A stretch of 64,000 nt of DNA, taken from NCBI GenBank assembly GCA_963674755.2, contig CAXXVS010000003.1, positions 256,001 to 320,000 of the forward strand, read 5' to 3'. The notes under the pieces were generated by a model, which saw nothing but the letters and a program-made list of their open reading frames with translations, ran no database searches and was not told the DNA's origin. This document shows positions 56,472-64,000 of this stretch, piece by piece (position 1 is the first letter of the stretch; each line of letters starts with the position of its first letter). The position numbers and the translations under genes are program-made. This DNA comes from Desulfobacterales bacterium (lineage in GTDB: Bacteria; Desulfobacterota; Desulfobacteria; Desulfobacterales; UBA5852).

Positions 56472-57554
56472 TTAAGTGTTGCGCTGGGGTGCGGCCACCA
56501 GGCGGCCCTCGGTGTCGTAGACAAATAGATGCTTCGGATGGATAAACACGGTAATCGTGCTGCCCATGGAAACGGGATACACCCCTTCCTGCTGCACCAC
56601 AAAAGCGCTCTCACCGCGCTTGATATAGACGAAGGTTTCCGAGCCGTTGATTTCGGCAAGATCCACCTTGCCGCTGATCGCGATGTCGCCGTCGCCTTGA
56701 CTGGAAAGCCACAAATGGTTGGATCGGAAGGCGAATTGATAGGATCCCGCTGCAAGTCCGTTCAAATGCCCTACCAAAGGAATGGGGATATCCCCCCCCA
56801 TCACCGCTTGAGCGCCTTCGATCTTGCTTGGAAGGGCGTTGATCGGCGGGTCACTGAAAACCTCGGCGGTTCGCAACATTTCGGGACGTTGATACACCGC
56901 AGCGGTCGATCCGGTCTGCAGCACCCGCCCTTCGTCGAGAACCACGACGTTGCCCCCCAGCATGAGGGCCTCGGAAGGTTCTGTCGTCGTGTAGACGACG
57001 ATAGCGGACCGCTTACGAAAGATATCCTGCAGCTCCTCGCGCAGTTCCTCCCGCAGTTTATAGTCCAGATTGACCAAGGGTTCATCCAGCAACAGCAATT
57101 GGGCATTTTTGACCAGCGCCCGCGCAATGGCTGTGCGCTGCTGTTGGCCGCCGGACAATTCGGCGGGCAGCCGCTGCAATAATCCTTCAAGATGCAGGAT
57201 TTCAGCGGTCTCGCGGACCTTACGGTCAATCTCGGGTTTATTCAGCCCGCTGCGGCGCAAGGGTGAGGCGATGTTTTCATAGACACTAAGGGAAGGATAG
57301 TTGATGAACTGCTGGTAGACCATGGCGACACCGCGTTTGCGCACGGAAACGCCGGTGACATCCGCACCATCCACCAGCACCTGTCCACGGGTGGGTCGGT
57401 CAAGCCCCGCCATGATGCGCAACAGGGTGGTTTTTCCGGCCAGGGTTCGACCTAAAAGGACATTCCGCGATCCGGTCTCAAATTCGAGGCTGATCCCTTT
57501 CAGATGGGTTTCGCCGCCGACGATTTTGTCGACATTGCTAAGCGCCAGCCCCAT
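56472..57554 (-). CDS. glpS: ABC transporter ATP-binding protein (GlpS type)
   Basis: GRTLAGKTT, VYQQFINYP, LSGGQQQR, LLDEP, degenerate H-loop YTTTEP. Confidence 0.88.
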   Translation of the reverse strand: MGLALSNVDKIVGGETHLKGISLEFETGSRNVLLGRTLAGKTTLLRIMAGLDRPTRGQVLVDGADVTGVSVRKRGVAMVYQQFINYPSLSVYENIASPLRRSGLNKPEIDRKVRETAEILHLEGLLQRLPAELSGGQQQRTAIARALVKNAQLLLLDEPLVNLDYKLREELREELQDIFRKRSAIVVYTTTEPSEALMLGGNVVVLDEGRVLQTGSTAAVYQRPEMLRTAEVFSDPPINALPSKIEGAQAVMGGDIPIPLVGHLNGLAAGSYQFAFRSNHLWLSSQGDGDIAISGKVDLAEINGSETFVYIKRGESAFVVQQEGVYPVSMGSTITVFIHPKHLFVYDTEGRLVAAPQRNT

Positions 57555-57662
57555 GCCTCCCCCCTCGGCCTTCCAGAGTTCTTAGAATCCGGCTCGCAGA
57601 AACATCTTTTGCAAATTATGAGTATATGCGCGGGATATTATGCCCCATTAGCATGGCCATTT

Positions 57663-57682
57663 TATTTTCGCAAGTGAAAATA
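57663..57682. promoter_or_regulatory. Candidate GlpR operator upstream of the ABC operon
   Basis: Palindrome TATTTTC-GCAAGT-GAAAATA; matches the site at 58621. Confidence 0.65.
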
Positions 57683-57693
57683 TAGGTTCGTTT

Positions 57694-58554
57694 TCATTCC
57701 TGATTACCGTCATCGGTACCACCCACCGAATTGACCGGCGGTTGAGCCACATGCAGTTCCACATCGCCCGCGTTCATGACCTCGATCAGGGCCTCGGTGG
57801 GGCGGCGATCGGTAAACAGGGCGTCGATCTCGCCAATGCTGCCCAGCCGCACCATGGCGTTGCGTCCGAACTTGGTATGGTCGGCCGCCAAAAAGACCTT
57901 GCGGGAATTGTCGATAATGGCCCGCGCGGCACGCACCTCACGATAGTCGAAATCGAGCAGGGTGCCGTCCATGTCGATGCCGCTGATGCCGATAATGCCA
58001 TAATCCACCCGGAACTGCTGGATGAAGTCGATGGTCAAGGGCCCTACGATGCCCCCGTCCCGGGGCCGCACCAGGCCGCCGGCCACGATGATTTCGAAGT
58101 GATCGTTGCCGGCCAGGATGGAGGCCACGTTGAGGCTGTTGGTGATCACCCGCAGTCGCTCGCGTCCGCAGAGCAGCTTGGCAATCTCCTCGGTCGTCGT
58201 GCCGATATTGATAAAAAGGGAGGCGTGGTCCGGTATGCAGGCCGCCACCATGCGGGCGATCTGCTCTTTCTCCTTGAGGCACAGAACTTTGCGCTGGGTA
58301 TAGGCCACATTTTCCGTACTGGGCGGCAAGCCGGCCCCCCCATGATAGCGGTGGATAAGCCCCTCGCGGCTGAGAATATTGATATCCCGGCGAATGGTCT
58401 GGGGTGTGACCTCGAATTGGGCCGCCAGGTGTTCGATGGTGATAAAACCTTTGGCGCGCACCAGATGCTGAATCTTGGCATGCCGCTCTCTTACCGGAGC
58501 GGATTTGCCGGTGGTTTCGGGGGGATCTTGGGCGGGATCTTTTTTTGATTTCAT
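57694..58554 (-). CDS. glpR: DeoR-family glycerol-3-phosphate regulon repressor
   Basis: 'VTPQTIRRD', 'RYHGGA', 'LFINIGTT', 'VITNSLN', 'GTLLDFDYREV', 'DHTKFGR'. Confidence 0.93.
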   Translation of the reverse strand: MKSKKDPAQDPPETTGKSAPVRERHAKIQHLVRAKGFITIEHLAAQFEVTPQTIRRDINILSREGLIHRYHGGAGLPPSTENVAYTQRKVLCLKEKEQIARMVAACIPDHASLFINIGTTTEEIAKLLCGRERLRVITNSLNVASILAGNDHFEIIVAGGLVRPRDGGIVGPLTIDFIQQFRVDYGIIGISGIDMDGTLLDFDYREVRAARAIIDNSRKVFLAADHTKFGRNAMVRLGSIGEIDALFTDRRPTEALIEVMNAGDVELHVAQPPVNSVGGTDDGNQE

Positions 58555-58620
58555 CTTCTGGTTTTCTCACGATTTATCGTTGATCATCGGGACCCCTTCA
58601 CGGGGTTGAACCGCTTATCA

Positions 58621-58639
58621 ATGTTCGTTTATGAAAATA
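58621..58639. promoter_or_regulatory. Candidate GlpR operator in the glpR/glpA divergent region
   Basis: ATGTTCG-TTTA-TGAAAATA; contains the E. coli GlpR half-site WATGTTCGWT. Confidence 0.65.
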
Positions 58640-58841
58640 TTCGGTCAAAATTGTGGCTTAAAGAAAATTATCGTGACAAAATTTGCCGGGTATGCTAGGA
58701 AATCGCCAGTCATATGGCGCTTATTTGAGCAAAAATGAGGCGTCTCTGGGCCGTAACATGCACCATTTTTTTTCACAAGAGAAAATAATGGCTGCCCTTT
58801 GGCCCGCCTCAAACTCAACGCATCAACATCCGAGGTCCGCT

Positions 58842-60422
58842 TTGGAAACCCAGGTACTCATCATCGGCGGCGGGGTCACCGGGACCGGCTTGGCCCGTGA
58901 TCTGACGTTGCGGGGGGTTGCCTGCCTTCTGGTGGAAAAGCAGGATATCAATGCCGGCGCCTCGGGCGGCAATCACGGCCTGCTGCACAGCGGCGCCCGC
59001 TATATCGCATCCGACCCGGCCGCCGCGGCCGAATGCCACCGGGAAAACCTGCTGTTGAAACAATTGGCGCCCCACTGCATTGAAGACACCGGCGGCCTTT
59101 TTGTGGCCGTGGCCGGCGACGACGAAAACTATGTCGCCGATTTTCCCGCCAAGTGCGCGGTCTGCGGTATTCCAGCCAGGCCTCTGACGCCCACAGAGGC
59201 CCGCCAGATGGAACCGGCCCTGTCCAAGGACATCATCGCCGCCTATGCCGTGGATGATGCCGCCATCGACCCCTTCAAGCTCTCCCTGGATAACTTGGCC
59301 CAAGCTCGGCAAAACGGCTGTCAGCTCATGCGTTTTTCCCAGGTGACGGGCATTGCGACCCGCTCCGGTCGCATCCAGACCGTCCAGGTGCGCAACCACC
59401 TGACGGGCCGCGCAACCGACATCCGCGCCGACGTCGTGGTCAATGCCGCCGGTGCCTGGGCCGGTCAGGTGGCGGCCCTGGCCGGCATTCCGATCCACAT
59501 CCGCTATTCCAAAGGCAGTCTGCTCGTTACCCACCATCGTATCGGGGGCCGGGTCATCAATCGCCTGCGCAAGGCCACCGACGGCGACATTCTGGTCCCC
59601 GGGGGTACGGTCTCAATTTTAGGGACAACCTCCGAACGCTGCACCTCGCCGGATGACATCCATCCGAAAGTGCATGAAGTGGACCACATTATCGACGAGG
59701 GCGCGGCCATGATTCCGGCACTGGCCACCATCCGCTATATCAGGGCCTATTGCGGGGTGCGCCCCTTGATCAGCAGTTCCGACGAGGGGGATGATCGCAG
59801 TGTCAGCCGCGGCTATGCTTTAATCGACCACGCCACGGAAGATCCCGGCCTGGAAAACTTCATTACGATATCGGGCGGCAAGCTGACCACCTTTCGACTG
59901 ATGGCCGAAAAGACGGCCGATCGGGTGTGCCGCCGGCTGAGTCATTGCAGCCCTTGCCGTACCCACTGCGATCCGCTGCCCCAGACGGTCGATGCCCGCT
60001 GGACCGAACCGGGCCTGGCGCCCAGCCTGTGGGTTCAAAACAACGACTCCCGGGATATACTCCTGTGCGAATGCGAAATGGTGCCCCAAAGCGTGGTGGA
60101 CCAGATTGTCCAGTCCATTCGCAACCAGAACGGCCATCCCAGCCTGAACGCCATCGGGCTGCGCAGCCGGATCGGCAAGGGGCCTTGCCAGGGCACCTTC
60201 TGCAGCCAGCGGCTGGCCGCCTATTTATACGATTTGGGAGCGCTGACCCATGACCAGGGCCTTCACGAGCTGCGCCAGTTTCTGGAGAAGCGCTGGCGGG
60301 GCCAGCAACCCCTTTTATGGGATATATCCCTGGCCCAGGCCGAGCTGCTGGAGGCCATGCACAGCGGCCTGTTTGGGCTGGAGCAGGTGGATGCCCCACC
60401 GCCCGGCGATGACCGGCCTTGA
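58842..60422 (+). CDS. glpA: Anaerobic glycerol-3-phosphate dehydrogenase subunit A
   Basis: IIGGGVTG, GASGGNHGLLHSGARY, GVRPL, GGKLTT, C-terminal CECE..GPCQGTFC. TTG start after GAGGT; alternative ATGs at 58758 and 58788. Confidence 0.95.
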   Translation: METQVLIIGGGVTGTGLARDLTLRGVACLLVEKQDINAGASGGNHGLLHSGARYIASDPAAAAECHRENLLLKQLAPHCIEDTGGLFVAVAGDDENYVADFPAKCAVCGIPARPLTPTEARQMEPALSKDIIAAYAVDDAAIDPFKLSLDNLAQARQNGCQLMRFSQVTGIATRSGRIQTVQVRNHLTGRATDIRADVVVNAAGAWAGQVAALAGIPIHIRYSKGSLLVTHHRIGGRVINRLRKATDGDILVPGGTVSILGTTSERCTSPDDIHPKVHEVDHIIDEGAAMIPALATIRYIRAYCGVRPLISSSDEGDDRSVSRGYALIDHATEDPGLENFITISGGKLTTFRLMAEKTADRVCRRLSHCSPCRTHCDPLPQTVDARWTEPGLAPSLWVQNNDSRDILLCECEMVPQSVVDQIVQSIRNQNGHPSLNAIGLRSRIGKGPCQGTFCSQRLAAYLYDLGALTHDQGLHELRQFLEKRWRGQQPLLWDISLAQAELLEAMHSGLFGLEQVDAPPPGDDRP

Positions 60423-60444
60423 CGACAACGGCTAAAATACGTCC

Positions 60445-61752
60445 ATGAGCCCGGCGCAACCTGAAATACGCTGCGATTTGCTGATCATCGGCACCGGTAT
60501 GGCCGGTATGGCCGCCGCCCTGTTTGCCGCCCGGCGCGGCATCGACACGGTTCAAGTGGGGATGACCGGTGAAATCAATTTTGCCAGCGGTTTGCTGGAT
60601 CTCCTGAGCGTCCATCCGACGGGGTCGCACCAAACCTGGTCCAATCCCTGGGAGGCCATCGCCCAGTTGATTATCGACCAACCTCATCATCCATATGCAC
60701 ATATCGGCGCTGAAACAATCCGGGCCGGAATGGAAGAGCTGATCACTTTTTTAAACGAAGCGGATCTGCCCTATCGCTACCAGCCCCAGCGCAATACCCA
60801 GGTGATCACGCCTTTAGGCACGGTTAAAACCACCTACGCTCTGCCGGAATCCATGGCAGCGGTCGAAAAGGCTTTGCAAGCCGCCACCCCTTGTCTGCTG
60901 GTTGATTTTCCCGGACTCAAAGGGTTCAGCGCCGGCCAGATCAGAGCCACCTTACAAAAGCGCTGGCCCGCTTTAAAGGCGGTGCGGCTGCCGTTTCCGG
61001 GACTGAGCGGGGAACTGCAAACCGAGCGGATGGCCCGTCGGCTGGAAACCCCCGGGGTGGCGAATCTGCTGGCCGCTTCGATTCGCAGCCACCTTGAGGA
61101 TGCCCGTGTGGTGGGGCTGCCGGCCGTTCTGGGGATTGCCCGCACCCGGCAAGTTTTTGAAAATCTTCAGGACGCCCTCGGCGTGCCGGTCTTTGAAATC
61201 CCCACCATGCTGCCGGCCGTCACCGGCGTTCGCCTGCGGGAATGTTTCGAACGGCACCTGCCCCGCATGGGGGTCCGGGCCCGCTACCAGCAAAAGATTG
61301 TATCCAGCCCGCGCCTGTCGGACGGTGAATTTATCGCCCCGCTGGGGGGCGAAAGCGCCGAGGTTCAGGTACGGGCTCGGGCCGTCATCCTGGCCAGCGG
61401 GCGGTTTTTCGGCCAGGGCCTGCATGCCGACCGGCACACCATTCGGGAGACCATCTTCAATCTGCCGGTCTACCAACCGGCCACCCGGACCCATTGGCAC
61501 CGTAAAACCCTTTTCAGTCACAAGGGACACCCGATCCACAAGGCCGGCCTGGTCGTCGACCGCCTGTTGCGGCCCTGTGACGAACAGGGACGCTATATTT
61601 ATCCCAATCTGTTCGCCGCCGGATCCATCCTGGCGCACCAGGACTGGATTCGCCAGAAATGCGGCAGCGGCCTGGCCATCGCCAGCGCCTATGCCGCCGT
61701 GCACGCCGGCCAATCCTTCTTGAATTTAACCCCTATGAATAAAGTCGAATAA
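60445..61752 (+). CDS. glpB: Anaerobic glycerol-3-phosphate dehydrogenase subunit B
   Basis: IIGTGMAG, FASGLLDLL, GLPAVLG, VFEIPT.PP-like 'EIPTMLP', LASGRFF..GL, NLFAAGS, CGSGLAI. Confidence 0.93.
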   Translation: MSPAQPEIRCDLLIIGTGMAGMAAALFAARRGIDTVQVGMTGEINFASGLLDLLSVHPTGSHQTWSNPWEAIAQLIIDQPHHPYAHIGAETIRAGMEELITFLNEADLPYRYQPQRNTQVITPLGTVKTTYALPESMAAVEKALQAATPCLLVDFPGLKGFSAGQIRATLQKRWPALKAVRLPFPGLSGELQTERMARRLETPGVANLLAASIRSHLEDARVVGLPAVLGIARTRQVFENLQDALGVPVFEIPTMLPAVTGVRLRECFERHLPRMGVRARYQQKIVSSPRLSDGEFIAPLGGESAEVQVRARAVILASGRFFGQGLHADRHTIRETIFNLPVYQPATRTHWHRKTLFSHKGHPIHKAGLVVDRLLRPCDEQGRYIYPNLFAAGSILAHQDWIRQKCGSGLAIASAYAAVHAGQSFLNLTPMNKVE

Positions 61753-61791
61753 ACGACTGCTAACCGTTGCCAAGGATGATGAACCCACTTG

Positions 61792-63432
61792 ATGCCGTCC
61801 CCCAACACCATCGCTAGCATCGCGCTGGCCATCTGCCTGGCGGGTGTCCTGTGGCGCATCTGCCGCTGGTTGCGTAGCCCGATCGGTCTGGAAAGCGAGG
61901 GCCTGTCCTTCGGTCGACGGCTGGGTGCGGCCTTGCAGGCTTGCCGGAAGGTTCTTTGCAGCCGGCGCATTTTCCGGATGGCTGCCGCCTCTCTATGGGA
62001 GACCCTCCTGTTGGGACATCTGTTGCAGCGCCATCCGTGGCGCTGGGCTGCCCACATGGCGGTTTGCTACGGCTTTTTAGCGCTGGTGGTCTTCCATGCC
62101 CTGGATGACTGGAGCGCCCCGCTTTTTTTCGCCGACTACGTCCCCACGCGCAATCCGTTCCTTTGGCTGCGCAACCTGATGGCGGCCGTGGTGTTGGCCG
62201 GTCTTCTGGTGGCCGTGCTCCGGCGACGGCAAGCCCCTTTAAAGATCCCCCGCGCGCGCGGTGACCGGTTCCTTCTGCTGGCGGTAGCTGTGCTGGTGAT
62301 TAGCGGGGTTGTGCTGGAGAGCACCCAAATCCTTTCCCCGGTGATTTTTCAGGAAATGGTGGAAGATTACATGGGCGCCGACGATCCCGGAGACGTGGCC
62401 GCCCTGCAGTCTTATTGGGCCGCTGAAATGGGCACCCTGCCGCCATCCCATGACACCATCGTCCCGGAGGGTGTCATGGCCGCCGGCCGCGAGCTGCATG
62501 AGAGCTATTGTGCGGATTGCCACTCACGACCCCAGGCGGCCTTTCTGTCCTATCCGCTCTCTCGCCTGTTGAAACCCGCCATGATCGCCTTGCGAGATCA
62601 TCGCGTGGACCTGTGGTTGTGGCGTCTCCATTTCTGGGCCGCCTGCCTGGCGCTGGCCTGTCTGCCCTTCAGCAAATTCTTCCATTTGGTGGCCACCCCT
62701 TTCAATCTGCTGGCCCGGACCGCAGGCCCCGTAGCGGCCACCCCGGCCCTGCAGCCCATGCGCCGGGCCCTGGCCCTGGATGCCTGCACCCATTGCGGCA
62801 TCTGCAGCCAGCATTGTTCCGTGGCCCCCATCTATAGGGTCATCCCCAATCCGACCATTCTGCCGTCGGAAAAGCTGCCGGCGGTCAAGCACGATCGAAT
62901 GTCGCCCCATTCGACGAATGAAGTGCTGGCGGAAGGCAGTTTCATCTGCACCCTGTGCGGCCGGTGCACCCAATGGTGCCCCTCCGGGATCGACTTGCAG
63001 GATCTGTGGCAGGCCACCCGCAACGATCTGGCCCCCGGCGGAAGAGCACCGATTCCGGGCCGTTCCGCTGCTGCGCCTCTTTCATCCCCCGTGGTTACGG
63101 CACCGGTTTCGCTGGGATTGAGCGACCGGCCGGAGACCTTCTGGGCCTGTGTCCAGTGCACCACCTGCACCAGCGTCTGCCCGGTGGTGGCGGCCAGCGA
63201 CGACCCCCGGGGCGATCTGGATCTGACCCCCCAGCAAATCATGAACCTGATGCGGCTGCAGCTCAAGGACCAGGCCCTGGGCTGCCGGATGCTGTGGGAC
63301 TGCGTCACCTGCTACAAATGTCAGGAACACTGCCCCCAGGACGTCAAGGTGGCGGACATCCTTTATGAACTACGCAATATCGCCTGGCAGCAGGGAAGAT
63401 CAGAGGGCCCGGCCAACGGGAGGTCCGTCTAG
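61792..63432 (+). CDS. Membrane redox protein: NarI/HdrE-like haem b domain with an inserted CxxCH, plus HdrC-like region with four [4Fe-4S] motifs
   Basis: TM helices with His in WAAHM, VFHAL, RLHFW, SKFFHL; CADCH at 62509-62523; CTHCGICSQHC, CTLCGRCTQWC, CVQCTTCTSVC, CVTCYKCQEHC. Confidence 0.85.
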   Translation: MPSPNTIASIALAICLAGVLWRICRWLRSPIGLESEGLSFGRRLGAALQACRKVLCSRRIFRMAAASLWETLLLGHLLQRHPWRWAAHMAVCYGFLALVVFHALDDWSAPLFFADYVPTRNPFLWLRNLMAAVVLAGLLVAVLRRRQAPLKIPRARGDRFLLLAVAVLVISGVVLESTQILSPVIFQEMVEDYMGADDPGDVAALQSYWAAEMGTLPPSHDTIVPEGVMAAGRELHESYCADCHSRPQAAFLSYPLSRLLKPAMIALRDHRVDLWLWRLHFWAACLALACLPFSKFFHLVATPFNLLARTAGPVAATPALQPMRRALALDACTHCGICSQHCSVAPIYRVIPNPTILPSEKLPAVKHDRMSPHSTNEVLAEGSFICTLCGRCTQWCPSGIDLQDLWQATRNDLAPGGRAPIPGRSAAAPLSSPVVTAPVSLGLSDRPETFWACVQCTTCTSVCPVVAASDDPRGDLDLTPQQIMNLMRLQLKDQALGCRMLWDCVTCYKCQEHCPQDVKVADILYELRNIAWQQGRSEGPANGRSV

Positions 63433-64000
63433 TGCAAACCGCCTATCTCTATTTTCCGGGATGTAAACTGACCCCCTTTCTGCCCCAATACGACCGGGCC
63501 ACGCGGGCCGTATTGCGCGCCTTCGACATCCATCTGGACGATACCGAACTGAACTGCTGCGGCTACCCGGTGCGTCACCGGAATCTGGCCGCCGCCATGC
63601 TGGCCGCCGCCCGCAACCTGGCCATGGCGGACCGGGTGGGCCTGCCCCTGCTGACGCCCTGCCAATGCTGCTATGGCCAGCTCAAACAGGCGGCCTACTG
63701 GCTGGGCGAAAACAGCGACCTGCGCATCTTCGTCAACCATGAACTGGCGGCCGAGGGCCTCCATTGGCGCCCCGGCATCCCGGTCCGCCACCTGCTCTCC
63801 GTCCTGGTCGACGATATCGGGCTGGCCAAGATACAGAAACGGATACGCCGGCCCCTGCAGACCCTGCCCGTGGCTGCCCATTACGGCTGCCACGCCCTGC
63901 GCCCGGGCCATGTCGTACAGTTGGACAACCCCCTGGCCCCCACGATTTTCGAGAATCTGCTCTCCGCCGCCGGTGGCGCCCCGGTGGCGTGGCCACTGCG
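63432..64000 (+). CDS. hdrB: Heterodisulfide reductase subunit B-like (CCG domain) protein, 3'-truncated by the window edge
   Basis: Absent from the ORF track. GTG overlaps the preceding TAG and reads VQTAYLYFPGCKL...LNCCGYP...AARNL...LTPCQCCY...VRHLL...VAAHYGCHALRP, open to the window end. Confidence 0.88.
   Translation, partial: MQTAYLYFPGCKLTPFLPQYDRATRAVLRAFDIHLDDTELNCCGYPVRHRNLAAAMLAAARNLAMADRVGLPLLTPCQCCYGQLKQAAYWLGENSDLRIFVNHELAAEGLHWRPGIPVRHLLSVLVDDIGLAKIQKRIRRPLQTLPVAAHYGCHALRPGHVVQLDNPLAPTIFENLLSAAGGAPVAWPL

Overview
A GC-rich, gene-dense chromosomal segment of a sulfate-reducing bacterium. The dsrABD-dsrN operon, tetrahaem cytochrome c3 and gene style suggest Desulfobacterota, probably Desulfobacterales (inference). 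I found no rRNA, tRNA, CRISPR array, transposase or prophage gene. Main blocks: (1) 1-18.5 kb, accessory genes: M16 peptidase, an RsgA paralogue behind a ~400-nt leader with a 20-codon uORF, an Fe-S protein, TauE, DinB, transglutaminase, Sel1, Csp, a 1029-aa PHP-like membrane protein, DUF3754 and two aldehyde dehydrogenases. (2) 18.7-26.8 kb, a molybdoenzyme module: short ModE-type regulator, unknown protein, FmdE-MoeA-like fusion, Tat-less thiosulfate/polysulfide-reductase-like subunit, and a selenocysteine formate dehydrogenase whose in-frame TGA splits it in the ORF track. (3) Hybrid kinase, pabA, pabB-pabC fusion, moaB, pyrR, then moaE-moaC-rmuC-mltA-tatB-tatC-ycaO and a dynamin-like gene. 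(4) Cytochrome c3, dsrN-dsrD-dsrB-dsrA, an upstream TPR plus atypical kinase-fold pair, and dapA. (5) A glycerol cluster: GlpSTPQUV-type ABC importer, GlpR with two matching operators, and glpA-glpB. Where glpC would be expected there is a haem b/haem c/4x[4Fe-4S] membrane protein and an HdrB-like subunit. The best candidates for undescribed systems are the GlpAB-Hdr module, the PsrA-like/Sec-FDH pairing, the rsgA leader peptide, the kinase-fold/TPR pair in front of dsrAB and the orphan YcaO. All family calls come from motif recognition by eye; no database search was run.
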